Assembly (NCBI GenBank): GCA_035574195.1
Contig: DATLZE010000109.1
Location: 19,238 to 83,237, forward strand
Direction: 5' to 3'
Origin: Burkholderiales bacterium
Lineage (GTDB): Bacteria > Pseudomonadota > Gammaproteobacteria > Burkholderiales > SG8-41
DNA length: 64,000 nt
Shown: piece by piece, positions 17,757 to 26,600 of the stretch
How the letters are laid out: each line of letters starts with the position of its first letter
How positions within the stretch are numbered: position 1 is the first letter of the stretch
Position numbers and translations under genes: made by a program
Notes under the pieces: model-generated
Database searches by the model: none
What the model saw: the letters and a program-made list of their open reading frames with translations, nothing else
What the model was told of the DNA's origin: nothing

Positions 17757-18530
17757 ATGGACCTGGGATTGAAGGGCAAGGTCGCCGCGATCACCGGCGG
17801 CACGGAAGGCATCGGGCGCGCAACGGCGCTCGCGTTCGCGGCCGAGGGGGCGCGGGTCGCGATCTGCGCCCGGCGCGAAGGGCCGCTCGGGCACACCGCC
17901 GCGCAGATCGAAGCGCTCGGCGCCGAGGCGCTCGCCGTTGCTGCGGACGTGGCGAAGGCCGCCGACGCCGAGCGCTTCATCCAGTCCGTGATCCGGCGTT
18001 TCGGCCGGATCGACATCCTCGTCAACAACGCAGGCACCTCGATGGCGAAGCCCTTCGACGCGGTGGACGACGCGAGCTGGCAGGACGACCTCGACCTCAA
18101 GCTCTTCGGGGCGATCCGCTGCGCGCGTTTCGCCATCCCGCACATGAAGCAGCAAGGAGGCGGGCGCATCATCAACATCACCACCGTCGGCGGCAAGCAA
18201 CCCGGGGCGGGCTCGCTGCCGACCACGGTCACGCGCGCGGCGGGGCTCGCGCTCACCAAGGCGCTGTCGAAGGAGCTCGCGCCGCACGGGATCCTGGTCA
18301 ACACCGTGTGCATCGGCAAGATCAAGTCGGGGCAGCACGAGCGGCGCTACCGGCGCGAGGGAATTTCCGCCGAGCAGTACTACGCGCGCGTCGCGCGGGA
18401 CATCCCGCTCGGGCGCGTGGGCGAGGCGCAAGAGGTCGCCAGCGTGATCGTGTTCCTCGCCTCCGGGGCGGCGAGCTATGTCACCGGCACGAGCCTCAAT
18501 CTCGACGGCGGAATTTCGGGGGTCTTATGA
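17757..18530 (+). CDS. SDR-family protein (BKR-like, lacks canonical YxxxK)
   Basis: 257 aa. Cofactor motif ITGGTEGIG and NNAG are present. The active-site region reads PTTVTRAAGLALTK where AYxASKAA is expected. Confidence 0.75.
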   Translation: MDLGLKGKVAAITGGTEGIGRATALAFAAEGARVAICARREGPLGHTAAQIEALGAEALAVAADVAKAADAERFIQSVIRRFGRIDILVNNAGTSMAKPFDAVDDASWQDDLDLKLFGAIRCARFAIPHMKQQGGGRIINITTVGGKQPGAGSLPTTVTRAAGLALTKALSKELAPHGILVNTVCIGKIKSGQHERRYRREGISAEQYYARVARDIPLGRVGEAQEVASVIVFLASGAASYVTGTSLNLDGGISGVL

Positions 18531-19498
18531 AACGGATCCGATCGTTCGTGGCCGCGGCCGCGCTCGCCGCGCCAGTCCTTCTTCCCGCGCAGGCCCAGGA
18601 TTATCCGGTCAAGCCGGTGCGCATCATCGTTCCCTTCCCGCCGGGCGGCGGCAACGACACCATCGCGCGCCTGGTCGGGCAGAAGCTCTCCCCGGCGCTC
18701 GGACAGCAGGTGATCGTGGACAACCGCCCGGGCGCGGGCGGCACGATCGGGGCGGAGCTCGCCGCGAAGAGCGCACCCGACGGCTACACGCTCTTTCTCG
18801 CGGGCGTGGCGAGCCATGGCATCAACCCCAATCTGCGCAGGAAGCTGCCCTACGACCCGGTGCGCGACTTCCACGGCGTGAGCCTGATCGCCTCCGCCCC
18901 CCTGCTGGTGGTGGTGCATCCCTCGCTGCCGGTCGCCTCGGTCAAGCAACTGGTCGCGCTCGCCAAGGCGAGGCCCGGCGCGATCAACTTCGCCTCCAAC
19001 GGCACCGGCGGCTCCTCCCACCTCGCGGTCGAGCTCTTCAAGATGATGACCGGAACCGACATGGTCCACATCCCGTACAAGGGCCTGTCGCTGGCGCTGA
19101 CCGATCTCCTCTCCGGGCAGGTGCAGCTCATGTTCTCGAGCGCCGTGGCGATGCTGCCCCAGGTGAAGGCCGGGAAATTGCGCGCCATCGCGATGACCGG
19201 CGCGAAGCGCTCCCCGGCCATTCCTGAAATTCCGACCGTCGCCGAGGCGGGCGTGCCGGGCTACGAGACCGGTTCCTGGTACGGCATCGTCGCGCCCGCG
19301 AAAACGCCGCGTCCCGTCATCGAGCGCCTCGGGCGTGAGATTGCCGCGATCACCCGCTCGCCGGAGATTTCGGGACGGCTGACGGAGGAGGCGGTGATCC
19401 CGATCGGCAGCGCTCCCGAGGAATTCGACGCCCACATCAAGCGCGAGCTCGCGCGCTGGGCGCAGGTCATTGCCCGCGCGAAGATCGCCGAGGAATGA
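18527..19498 (+). CDS. Bug/TctC-family periplasmic solute-binding protein
   Basis: ORF 18308..19498 trimmed to ATG 18527, which overlaps the SDR stop (ATGA): MKRIRSFVAAAALAAPVLLPAQAQDYPVKPVRIIVPFPPGGGNDT. Confidence 0.9.
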   Translation: MKRIRSFVAAAALAAPVLLPAQAQDYPVKPVRIIVPFPPGGGNDTIARLVGQKLSPALGQQVIVDNRPGAGGTIGAELAAKSAPDGYTLFLAGVASHGINPNLRRKLPYDPVRDFHGVSLIASAPLLVVVHPSLPVASVKQLVALAKARPGAINFASNGTGGSSHLAVELFKMMTGTDMVHIPYKGLSLALTDLLSGQVQLMFSSAVAMLPQVKAGKLRAIAMTGAKRSPAIPEIPTVAEAGVPGYETGSWYGIVAPAKTPRPVIERLGREIAAITRSPEISGRLTEEAVIPIGSAPEEFDAHIKRELARWAQVIARAKIAEE

Positions 19499-19549
19499 GG
19501 CTTGCGCGGGACCCTGATTCGACGAATGCCCCGATCCGTCCGGCCAACC

Positions 19550-19569
19550 CGGCTGCCGCACGGCAGCCG
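19550..19569. terminator. GC hairpin between Bug gene end and tRNA-Thr 3' end (possible bidirectional terminator)
   Basis: CGGCTGCC-GCAC-GGCAGCCG, 8-bp stem. No clear U-tract on either strand. Confidence 0.3.
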
Positions 19570-19574
19570 TGCTC

Positions 19575-19650
<76 letters not shown>

Positions 19651-19653
19651 CCG

Positions 19654-19681
19654 GGAATTTGCGCGATCTCCCGCAAATTCC
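19654..19681. repeat. perfect 10-bp inverted repeat just upstream of tRNA-Thr
   Basis: GGAATTTGCG-cgatctcc-CGCAAATTCC sits 3 nt from the tRNA 5' end and about 90 nt downstream of the fur-like stop. Could be a terminator, processing site or protein-binding site. Confidence 0.4.
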
Positions 19682-19772
19682 TCAAAGGAGAGAAAACGGA
19701 CAGGCCGAATTCTAGCCCGCACGCCCGGCGGCCGCCACAGGCGCATCGCTGCGGTCGCTTATCGGACCTTGC

Positions 19773-20204
19773 TCAGCCGCGATGCGCGCGGGCCTGGCGG
19801 ATACGGATGATGATGTCCACGCCTTCGGTTTCCATGCCTGCGGGCAGCGGCGGCAGGCTCGACACCCGCACCGCGTCGGCCTCGATGTCGGTCAGCTCGC
19901 CGGTATCCACGTTGTAAAAATGATGGTGCGGTTCGGTATTGGGATCGTAGAACACCCGGTTGGGATCCACGATCACCTCGCGGATCAGCTTCTTCTCGAG
20001 GAACAGGTTGAGCGTGTTGTAGACCGTGGCCTTGGACGTTTCCGGGTGCCGCCCGTTGACGAGCGCGAGGATCTGGTCGGCCGAGAGGTGCTCGCCGCGC
20101 GTGAAGAGCGCATGCGCGATCTCGATGCGCTGGTGCGTCGGGTTGATGTGGTGGCGGCGCAGCAGCTCCACCACGGCTTCGCGGCTATATTGGCGAGACC
20201 TCAT
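19773..20204 (-). CDS. Fur-family transcriptional regulator (cysteine-free variant)
   Basis: 143-aa ORF with a winged-helix N-terminus (SADQILALV...SKATVYNTLNLF) and an HHH motif (EPHHHFY). No Cys anywhere, so the usual CxxC structural Zn sites are absent. Confidence 0.75.
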   Translation of the reverse strand: MRSRQYSREAVVELLRRHHINPTHQRIEIAHALFTRGEHLSADQILALVNGRHPETSKATVYNTLNLFLEKKLIREVIVDPNRVFYDPNTEPHHHFYNVDTGELTDIEADAVRVSSLPPLPAGMETEGVDIIIRIRQARAHRG

Positions 20205-20427
20205 TGCAACATGATGTTAGACCAAAATCTGGACTCTGTCTAATCCCCCTCTCCGGCGCGCGCATCATCTGCCGGAGGACACCCGCCGCGCGTGAACGAT
20301 GTCACGAGCATGCCACAATAGCGGCGGGAGGCGAGCCGCTCGTTCTCCCAGGATCGCCTCCTGTCGGCTGGCGTTAGCCTGCGGCCGGAAAATTCACTAG
20401 TCTTGCAACTGCTCAAAGGAGCGGAGA

Positions 20428-20865
20428 ATGAACTCAACCCGCGGATTCAGCCTGATCGAGCTGATGGTCGTAGTCGCGATCGTCGCCATCCTCGCCGCCG
20501 TCGCGCTTCCCGCCTACAACGACTACGTGCTGCGAGGCAAGCTCACCGAAGCCTTCACCGGGCTCGCGGACTTCCGGGTACGGATGGAGCAGTTCTACCA
20601 GGACAACCGCCGCTACGACGGCGGGGGTCTCGGGGGCTGCGGCGTGGCGGCTCCGGCTTCGCGCTACTTCACCTTCACCTGCGTGCCGGGCGCCGCCCCG
20701 GCTCAGACCTACACCGCGACCGCCACCGGCAACGCCGCCGAAGGCATGAGCGGCTTCGTCTACACGATAGATCAGGACAACAACCGCCGCACGACGACGG
20801 TGGGAAGCGGTTGGAGCGGCGCCGGCAGCAACTGCTGGGTGCGCCGCAAGGAAGGAACGTGCTGA
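20428..20865 (+). CDS. pilE: type IV pilin, PilE-like
   Basis: Prepilin leader and cleavage site MNSTRG|FSLIELMVVVAIVAILAAVALPAY, C-terminal Cys pair, 145 aa. GGAG Shine-Dalgarno upstream. Confidence 0.85.
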   Translation: MNSTRGFSLIELMVVVAIVAILAAVALPAYNDYVLRGKLTEAFTGLADFRVRMEQFYQDNRRYDGGGLGGCGVAAPASRYFTFTCVPGAAPAQTYTATATGNAAEGMSGFVYTIDQDNNRRTTTVGSGWSGAGSNCWVRRKEGTC

Positions 20866-21407
20866 ACGCCACGCACCGCCAGGCGGGGGTCAACCTGATC
20901 GAGCTGATGATCGGGCTCGCGGTGCTCGCGATCCTGATCTTGGTGGGACTCCCGAGCTACACGGTGTGGATCCAGAACACCCAGATCCGCACCGCGGCCG
21001 AGGGCATACTCGCGGGGCTCGATCTCGCGCGCGCCGAGGCGATCCGCCGCAACACCAACGTCGAGCTCCAGATGAACAGCGGGTCGAGCTGGACGGTGCG
21101 GGTGGCGGGCGGCGGGCAAGTGATCCAGAGGCGGGAGGAGGAAGGGTCGGGCAGCGCGGTGGTGACCGTGACGCCCGCAGGATCCACCAAGGTCACCTTC
21201 AACGGTTTCGGGCGCGTCACCATCAACGACGACGGGTCTCCGCCCATCACCGAGGTCAAGGTCGACTCGGACAAGATCGCGGCTGCCGACAGCCGCGAGC
21301 TGTGCGTGATGATCGGCAGCGGAGGCGCGGTGCGGATGTGCGATCCCCAGGTGGCCGCGCCCGACCCGCGCGCCTGCACGCCGGCGGTGCCCGCGGGCTG
21401 CCTGTAG
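20859..21407 (+). CDS. fimT: GspH/FimT-family minor pilin
   Basis: Tail of ORF 20403..21407. GTG 20859 (AAGGAAGG upstream) overlaps the pilE stop. QAG|VNLIELMIGLAVLAILILVGLPSY N-terminus. Confidence 0.75.
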   Translation: MLNATHRQAGVNLIELMIGLAVLAILILVGLPSYTVWIQNTQIRTAAEGILAGLDLARAEAIRRNTNVELQMNSGSSWTVRVAGGGQVIQRREEEGSGSAVVTVTPAGSTKVTFNGFGRVTINDDGSPPITEVKVDSDKIAAADSRELCVMIGSGGAVRMCDPQVAAPDPRACTPAVPAGCL

Positions 21408-21419
21408 GAAGTCGCGCCG

Positions 21420-21854
21420 ATGGAGACCACGATGACACGATCGGCCGGAGCGAAGTGGCAACGCGGGGCGACGCTGCTCGAGGCGCTGATCGGCATCCTC
21501 ATTTTTTCGACCGGGATCCTGGCGCTCGTCGGCATGCAGGCGCTCGCGATCAAGGCCGTCTCCGACGCCAAGTACCGGGCGGATGCGAGCTTCTACGCGA
21601 ACCAGCTGATCGGCGAGATGTGGGTGAACCGCGCGAGCCTCGGCTCCTACGCCTACTCGGGAAGCGGCGCGCCGCCCGCCGCGATCTCGAAATGGGTCGC
21701 CAGCATCGAGAGCGGCCTGCCGGGAGTGAGCGCCGCCGCGAACCGGCCGATCGTGACGGTGGCCGGCACCACGGTCACGATCACGGTGCGCTGGCAGCCG
21801 CCGGGCAGCTCGACCCCGCACAGCCACGTGACGATCGCCTACATCAACGGATGA
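21420..21854 (+). CDS. pilV: type IV pilus modification protein PilV
   Basis: 144 aa. RG|ATLLEALIGILIFSTGILAL prepilin-like N-terminus, typical PilV size. Confidence 0.8.
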   Translation: METTMTRSAGAKWQRGATLLEALIGILIFSTGILALVGMQALAIKAVSDAKYRADASFYANQLIGEMWVNRASLGSYAYSGSGAPPAAISKWVASIESGLPGVSAAANRPIVTVAGTTVTITVRWQPPGSSTPHSHVTIAYING

Positions 21855-21857
21855 GCC

Positions 21858-22979
21858 ATGCTTCACGCCCGTTTCAACCGCAGCACCCCGCGCAGCCGCG
21901 TGCTCGGCGTGAGCCTGGTCGAGCTCATGGTCGCAGCCGCGATCGGACTGATCGCCAGCATCGCGATCTTCCAGGTATTCGCCGCGTTCGAGGGCCAGAA
22001 GCGCACCACGGCGGCGGGAGGCGAGGCGCAGACCAACGGGGCGCTCGCGCTGTTCACGATCGAGCGCGATATCCGGATGGCGGGCTACGGCATCAACAAC
22101 CTCGATTTTCTCGGCTGCACCATCCTCGGCTGGGACGAGCAGGTCGGCGGCGGCACCGCCTTCACGGTGCAGTTCGTTCCGGTGCGCATCACGCAAGGAG
22201 CGGGCAGCACGTCCGGCGTGGCGGGCGCGCCGGACACCATCTCCGTGATGTACGGCAACGGCGAGCTCCTGCCCAACCCGGCGAACCTCACCGCGAACAT
22301 GCCGAGCCCGGCCGCGGTCTTCAAGGTCAACAACCGCTACGGCTTCCGGGAAGGCGATCTCGTGGTCGCGGCCGAGCCGGGCAAGGACTGCACGCTCGCC
22401 CAGGTGAGCGGACTGCCCGGCACGCCCGGCCAGACCGACAACGTCATCCACAACAGCGGCACCTATACCGACCCCAACACCGGCGTTCAGATCCCCACGC
22501 GCTACAACAAGCCGGGTGGGCTCGGTGTGGCCTACACCACCAACGGCAAGCTCTTCAACATCGGCTCGCTGCCGCAGAACAACATCTACGCGATCTCGAA
22601 CGCCCAGCTCACGCTGCAACAGATGCTCTCGGCGCCGAGCACCGCGCCGGTTGCGATCTACGACGGCATCGTGCAATTGCAGGCCCAGTACGGCAAGGAC
22701 ACCAACGGCGATGGCGTGGTGGACGTGTTCGACGAGGTCACGCCGACCACCCCCGCCGGCTGGGCGCAGGTGCTGGCGATCAAGCTCGCGCTCGTCGCCC
22801 GCTCCGGGCTCTACGAAAGGACCGAGGTGAGTCCCGCGGCCATCAAGCTGTGGGAGGACTCGACGACACCGCCCACCACGACCGGCCCGGTGTGGACGCT
22901 CACCGCGGACGAGCGGCGCTACCGCTACAAGGTGTTCCACACGGTGGTGCCGATCCGCAACATGATCTGGAGGCCGTAG
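21858..22979 (+). CDS. pilW: type IV pilus assembly protein PilW
   Basis: 373 aa. LG|VSLVELMVAAAIGLIASIAIF N-terminus. Sits between pilV and pilX. Confidence 0.8.
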   Translation: MLHARFNRSTPRSRVLGVSLVELMVAAAIGLIASIAIFQVFAAFEGQKRTTAAGGEAQTNGALALFTIERDIRMAGYGINNLDFLGCTILGWDEQVGGGTAFTVQFVPVRITQGAGSTSGVAGAPDTISVMYGNGELLPNPANLTANMPSPAAVFKVNNRYGFREGDLVVAAEPGKDCTLAQVSGLPGTPGQTDNVIHNSGTYTDPNTGVQIPTRYNKPGGLGVAYTTNGKLFNIGSLPQNNIYAISNAQLTLQQMLSAPSTAPVAIYDGIVQLQAQYGKDTNGDGVVDVFDEVTPTTPAGWAQVLAIKLALVARSGLYERTEVSPAAIKLWEDSTTPPTTTGPVWTLTADERRYRYKVFHTVVPIRNMIWRP

Positions 22980-23578
22980 TGATCCGCAAATCGAAACCCG
23001 CGAACCGGGGCCGCCAGCGCGGCGCGGTGCTGTTCATCGCGCTGATCGTGCTGGTCGCGATGACGCTGGCCGGAATCGCGATCATGCGCTCGGTGGACAC
23101 GGCCACGCTCATCGCCGGCAATCTCGCGTTCAAGCAGGGAACGATCCAGTCCTCCGACAACGGCATCGAGCAGGCCTACCAGTGGCTGCTCGCCAACCGT
23201 GCAACCCTGGTGAACGACAATCCCGCCCAGGGCTACTTCTCCTCGCAGTCCCTGCCCAACTGGAACGATCCCGCGCAGTGGACGAACGCGGTCACGGTCG
23301 GCACCGACGCCGGCGGCAACACCGTCTCCTACGTCATCCACCGCATGTGCACCTGTCCCAACACACCGTACAACGGGAGCTGCGGCGGGGTCGCCAATCA
23401 GTGCGCGCTCACCACGCCGCCCACCACTCCGCCGCCGCCCGCGCAAGGCGACAGCTTCGCCGTCGGCGCCCCGGGCTACCTGCAGGATCCCCAGGTCTAT
23501 TACCGGATCACGGTGCGCACCGTCGGCCCGCGCAACACCACGAGCTACGTGCAGGCGATGGTCGCGGTCGCGCTCTGA
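22979..23578 (+). CDS. pilX: type IV pilus minor pilin PilX
   Basis: Tail of ORF 20966..23578. GTG 22979 overlaps the pilW stop by 1 nt. N-terminus RGAVLFIALIVLVAMTLAGIAIMRS, 199 aa. Confidence 0.7.
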   Translation: MIRKSKPANRGRQRGAVLFIALIVLVAMTLAGIAIMRSVDTATLIAGNLAFKQGTIQSSDNGIEQAYQWLLANRATLVNDNPAQGYFSSQSLPNWNDPAQWTNAVTVGTDAGGNTVSYVIHRMCTCPNTPYNGSCGGVANQCALTTPPTTPPPPAQGDSFAVGAPGYLQDPQVYYRITVRTVGPRNTTSYVQAMVAVAL

Positions 23579-23609
23579 TCCCTGCCGCAGCCATGATGGA
23601 GATACGGCG

Positions 23610-26600
23610 ATGAGAAACCCCTCCTCCCTGCGTCGTCACGCTCTGGCGGCCGCCTTCGCTGCCTGCGCCCTTGCCGCAATCGCGCCCGCGCGCGCGGCGC
23701 AAACCGACATCGCGCAGGCGCCGCTCGGCACCGCGCCCACCGTCACCGTGTTGCCCAATCTCATGTTCGTGCTGGACGACTCCGGCAGCATGGCGCGCGA
23801 CTTCATGCCGGACGAAGTGGACAATCCCACGACCTGCAAGTCGTGCCCCTCCGGTTCCTGCAACGTCGCCAACACCAGCTGCACGGCCGGCCACCCGCCG
23901 TTCTACGCGGCGGCCTTCAACACGATCTACTACAACCCGCAGATCACCTACACCCCGGGGGTCAACTCGGTCGGCGCGAGCCTCGGCAATGCCAACCCCA
24001 CCGCGGCGAACAACGATCCCTACATCAGCGGCAGCGGCACCAAGGACCTGGTGACCACCTGGCGCGAAATTTACTGGTGCAACACCAACTCTCCGAGCGC
24101 GGCGCAATTGAGCGATCCCAACGTCTGCAAGCGCAACGGCATCCACACGCCCGCGACCTTCGCCTACACCGCCACCGCGGCGTCCAATTCCTCGCCTTTC
24201 GCAGGGGGGTTCCCGACGACCGGATTCCCCTTCGGAATCGCGGTCAACAGCAATCCGCACTACTACGAGATCACCCCGCGCGAGCATTGCACCGACGAGA
24301 CTCTCACCGTGTGCGTCGCCTCCACGACGCCGACCGCGACCCATCCGGTCCCGGCGCTCGTGCGCTGGTGCCGCGCGTCCAATTCCAACGCCACCGGCAC
24401 CCTGGGCGCGGGCTCGCCCGCTCCGGTCTCCGGCGGCAACCCGCCGTTCTGCCAGGCCAAATCCAGCAGCACCTACGCCTTCCCGCGCTTCGGCAACTTC
24501 ACGCGCGTGGACATCGTGCCCACGGTCACGACCTACGGCAACCGTCCCAACCGCACCGATTGCGCGGCGCGGCCGGTGTGCACCTACGCCGAGGAGCTGC
24601 AGAACTTCGCCAACTGGTACTCGTACTACCGCACCCGCATGCTGCTCATGAAGACCGGCGTCGGGCGCGCGTTCGCGAGCCTGGACGACCGCTACCGCAT
24701 CGGCTTCCTCACGATCAACGCCTCGAGCAGCGCGCGCTATCTCAAGATCGACAAGTTCACCCAGACCCACAAGGACGCCTGGTACGCCAAGTTCTACGCG
24801 ATGACGCCGAGCGGCTCCACGCCGCTGCGGCTCGCGCTCTCGCGCGTGGGGCGCCACTACGCCGGGCGCACCGACGGCATCAATTCCTTCATGCCGGACG
24901 ATCCGGTGCAGTACTCCTGCCAGCAGAACTTCACGCTGCTCACCACCGACGGCTACTGGAACAGCTCGCGCGGCAAGCAGATCGACGGGGTGACCGACAT
25001 CGGCAACCAGGACAACGTGGATTCCGGCTTCTCCACCCGCACGGTCGGCGCCTTCGACGGCATCACCTCGGGCGCCACCGACGCCGATCCGGGCAGCACC
25101 GGCTCGCGCAACACGCTGGCCGACGTCGCGATGTACTACTACAAGACCGATCTGCGGCCCACCATGAAGGACAACGTGCCGACCTCGAGCAAGGACACCG
25201 CGGCGCACCAGCACATGGTCACCTTCACGCTGGGGCTGGGGCTCGACGGCCTCATGAACTACCGCCCCGATTACGAGACCGCGACCGCCGGCGACTTCTT
25301 CAAGATCAAGACCTCCGCGACCGGCTGCTCGTTCTCGCCGACCTCGACCTGCAACTGGCCGCTGGTGACGGCGGACAGCCCCTCGGCGCTCGACGACCTG
25401 TGGCACGCGGCGGTGAACGGGCGCGGCATCTACTTCAGCGCCAGGGACCCGAATCAGCTCCAGAGCGGGATCACCGGCACGCTCGCCTCGATCCAGACCG
25501 TCACCGGCGCGGCGGCTTCTTCGGCCACCAGCACGCCGAACATCACGCCGACCGACAACTTCATCTACTCCTCGACCTACCGCACGGTGAAGTGGGACGG
25601 CGAGGTGGTGGCGGAGCGCATTGACGTCACGACCGGCAACGTGATCCCGGGAATCGTGTGGTCGGCGCAGACCCAGCTCGACGGGCGGGTCTCGGCCTCG
25701 AGCGACACCCGCACCATCTACACGCTCGGCACCACGTCGGGCAGCCCGCTCGTTGCGGCCACTGCGAACAAGCTCAAGCCCTTCAGATACACCGATCTCA
25801 CGAGCGCCGAGAAGGCGTTCTTCGACAACAAGTGCATCCCCGCGGAGCTGCCCCAGTGCGGGCCGCTGCCTCCGGGACAGCTCTCGCAGGCGAACAACGG
25901 CGCCAACTTGGTGAACTACCTGCGCGGCCAGACCGGAAACGAGGGCACGCTCTACCGCGACCGCGAGCACGTGCTCGGCGACACCGTGAACGCGAAACCC
26001 GCCTTCGTCGGCAAGCCCAATCTCCTCTACGGCGACGCGGTCAGCCCCGACTACGCCTCGTTCAAGGCCGGTCCCGCAGGCAGCCGCCAGTCGGTGCTCT
26101 ACATCGCGGCCAACGACGGCATGCTGCACGCGTTCAACGCCGACACCGGGGTCGAGATGTGGGCCTACGTGCCGCGCCAGGTCATGCCGAATATGTACAA
26201 GCTCGCCGCGAGCAACTACGACATCAACCACCGCTACTACGTGGACGGCTCGCCCTCGACGATGGACGTCTTCATCGGCGGGGCGTGGAAGACGATCCTG
26301 GTCGGCGGGCTCAATGCCGGCGGGCGCGGCTACTACGCGCTCGACATCACCGACCCGCTCAACCCCAAGGGCATGTGGGAGATCTGCTCGGATTCGACGC
26401 TGTGCGCGATCTCCGACCCGGACATGGGGCTGTCCTACGGCAACCCGATCATCACCAAGCGGCCGAGCGACGGCAAGTGGGTGGTGCTCGTCACCTCGGG
26501 CTACAACAACGTCTCCCCGGGCGACGGCCGCGGCTACCTCTACGTGCTCGACGCCGAGACCGGGGCGATCCTCAGCAAGGTCACGACGGGCGTGGGCGAC

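Noticed and set aside
20360-20427. Possible sigma54 (GG-N10-GC) promoter upstream of the pilE-like gene (TTGCA at 20403-20407; TGGCGTTAGCCTGCG at 20368-20382).
   Set aside because: With TTGCA fixed, the -24 position carries TT, not GG. The second candidate has GG/GC spacing off by one. No convincing match.
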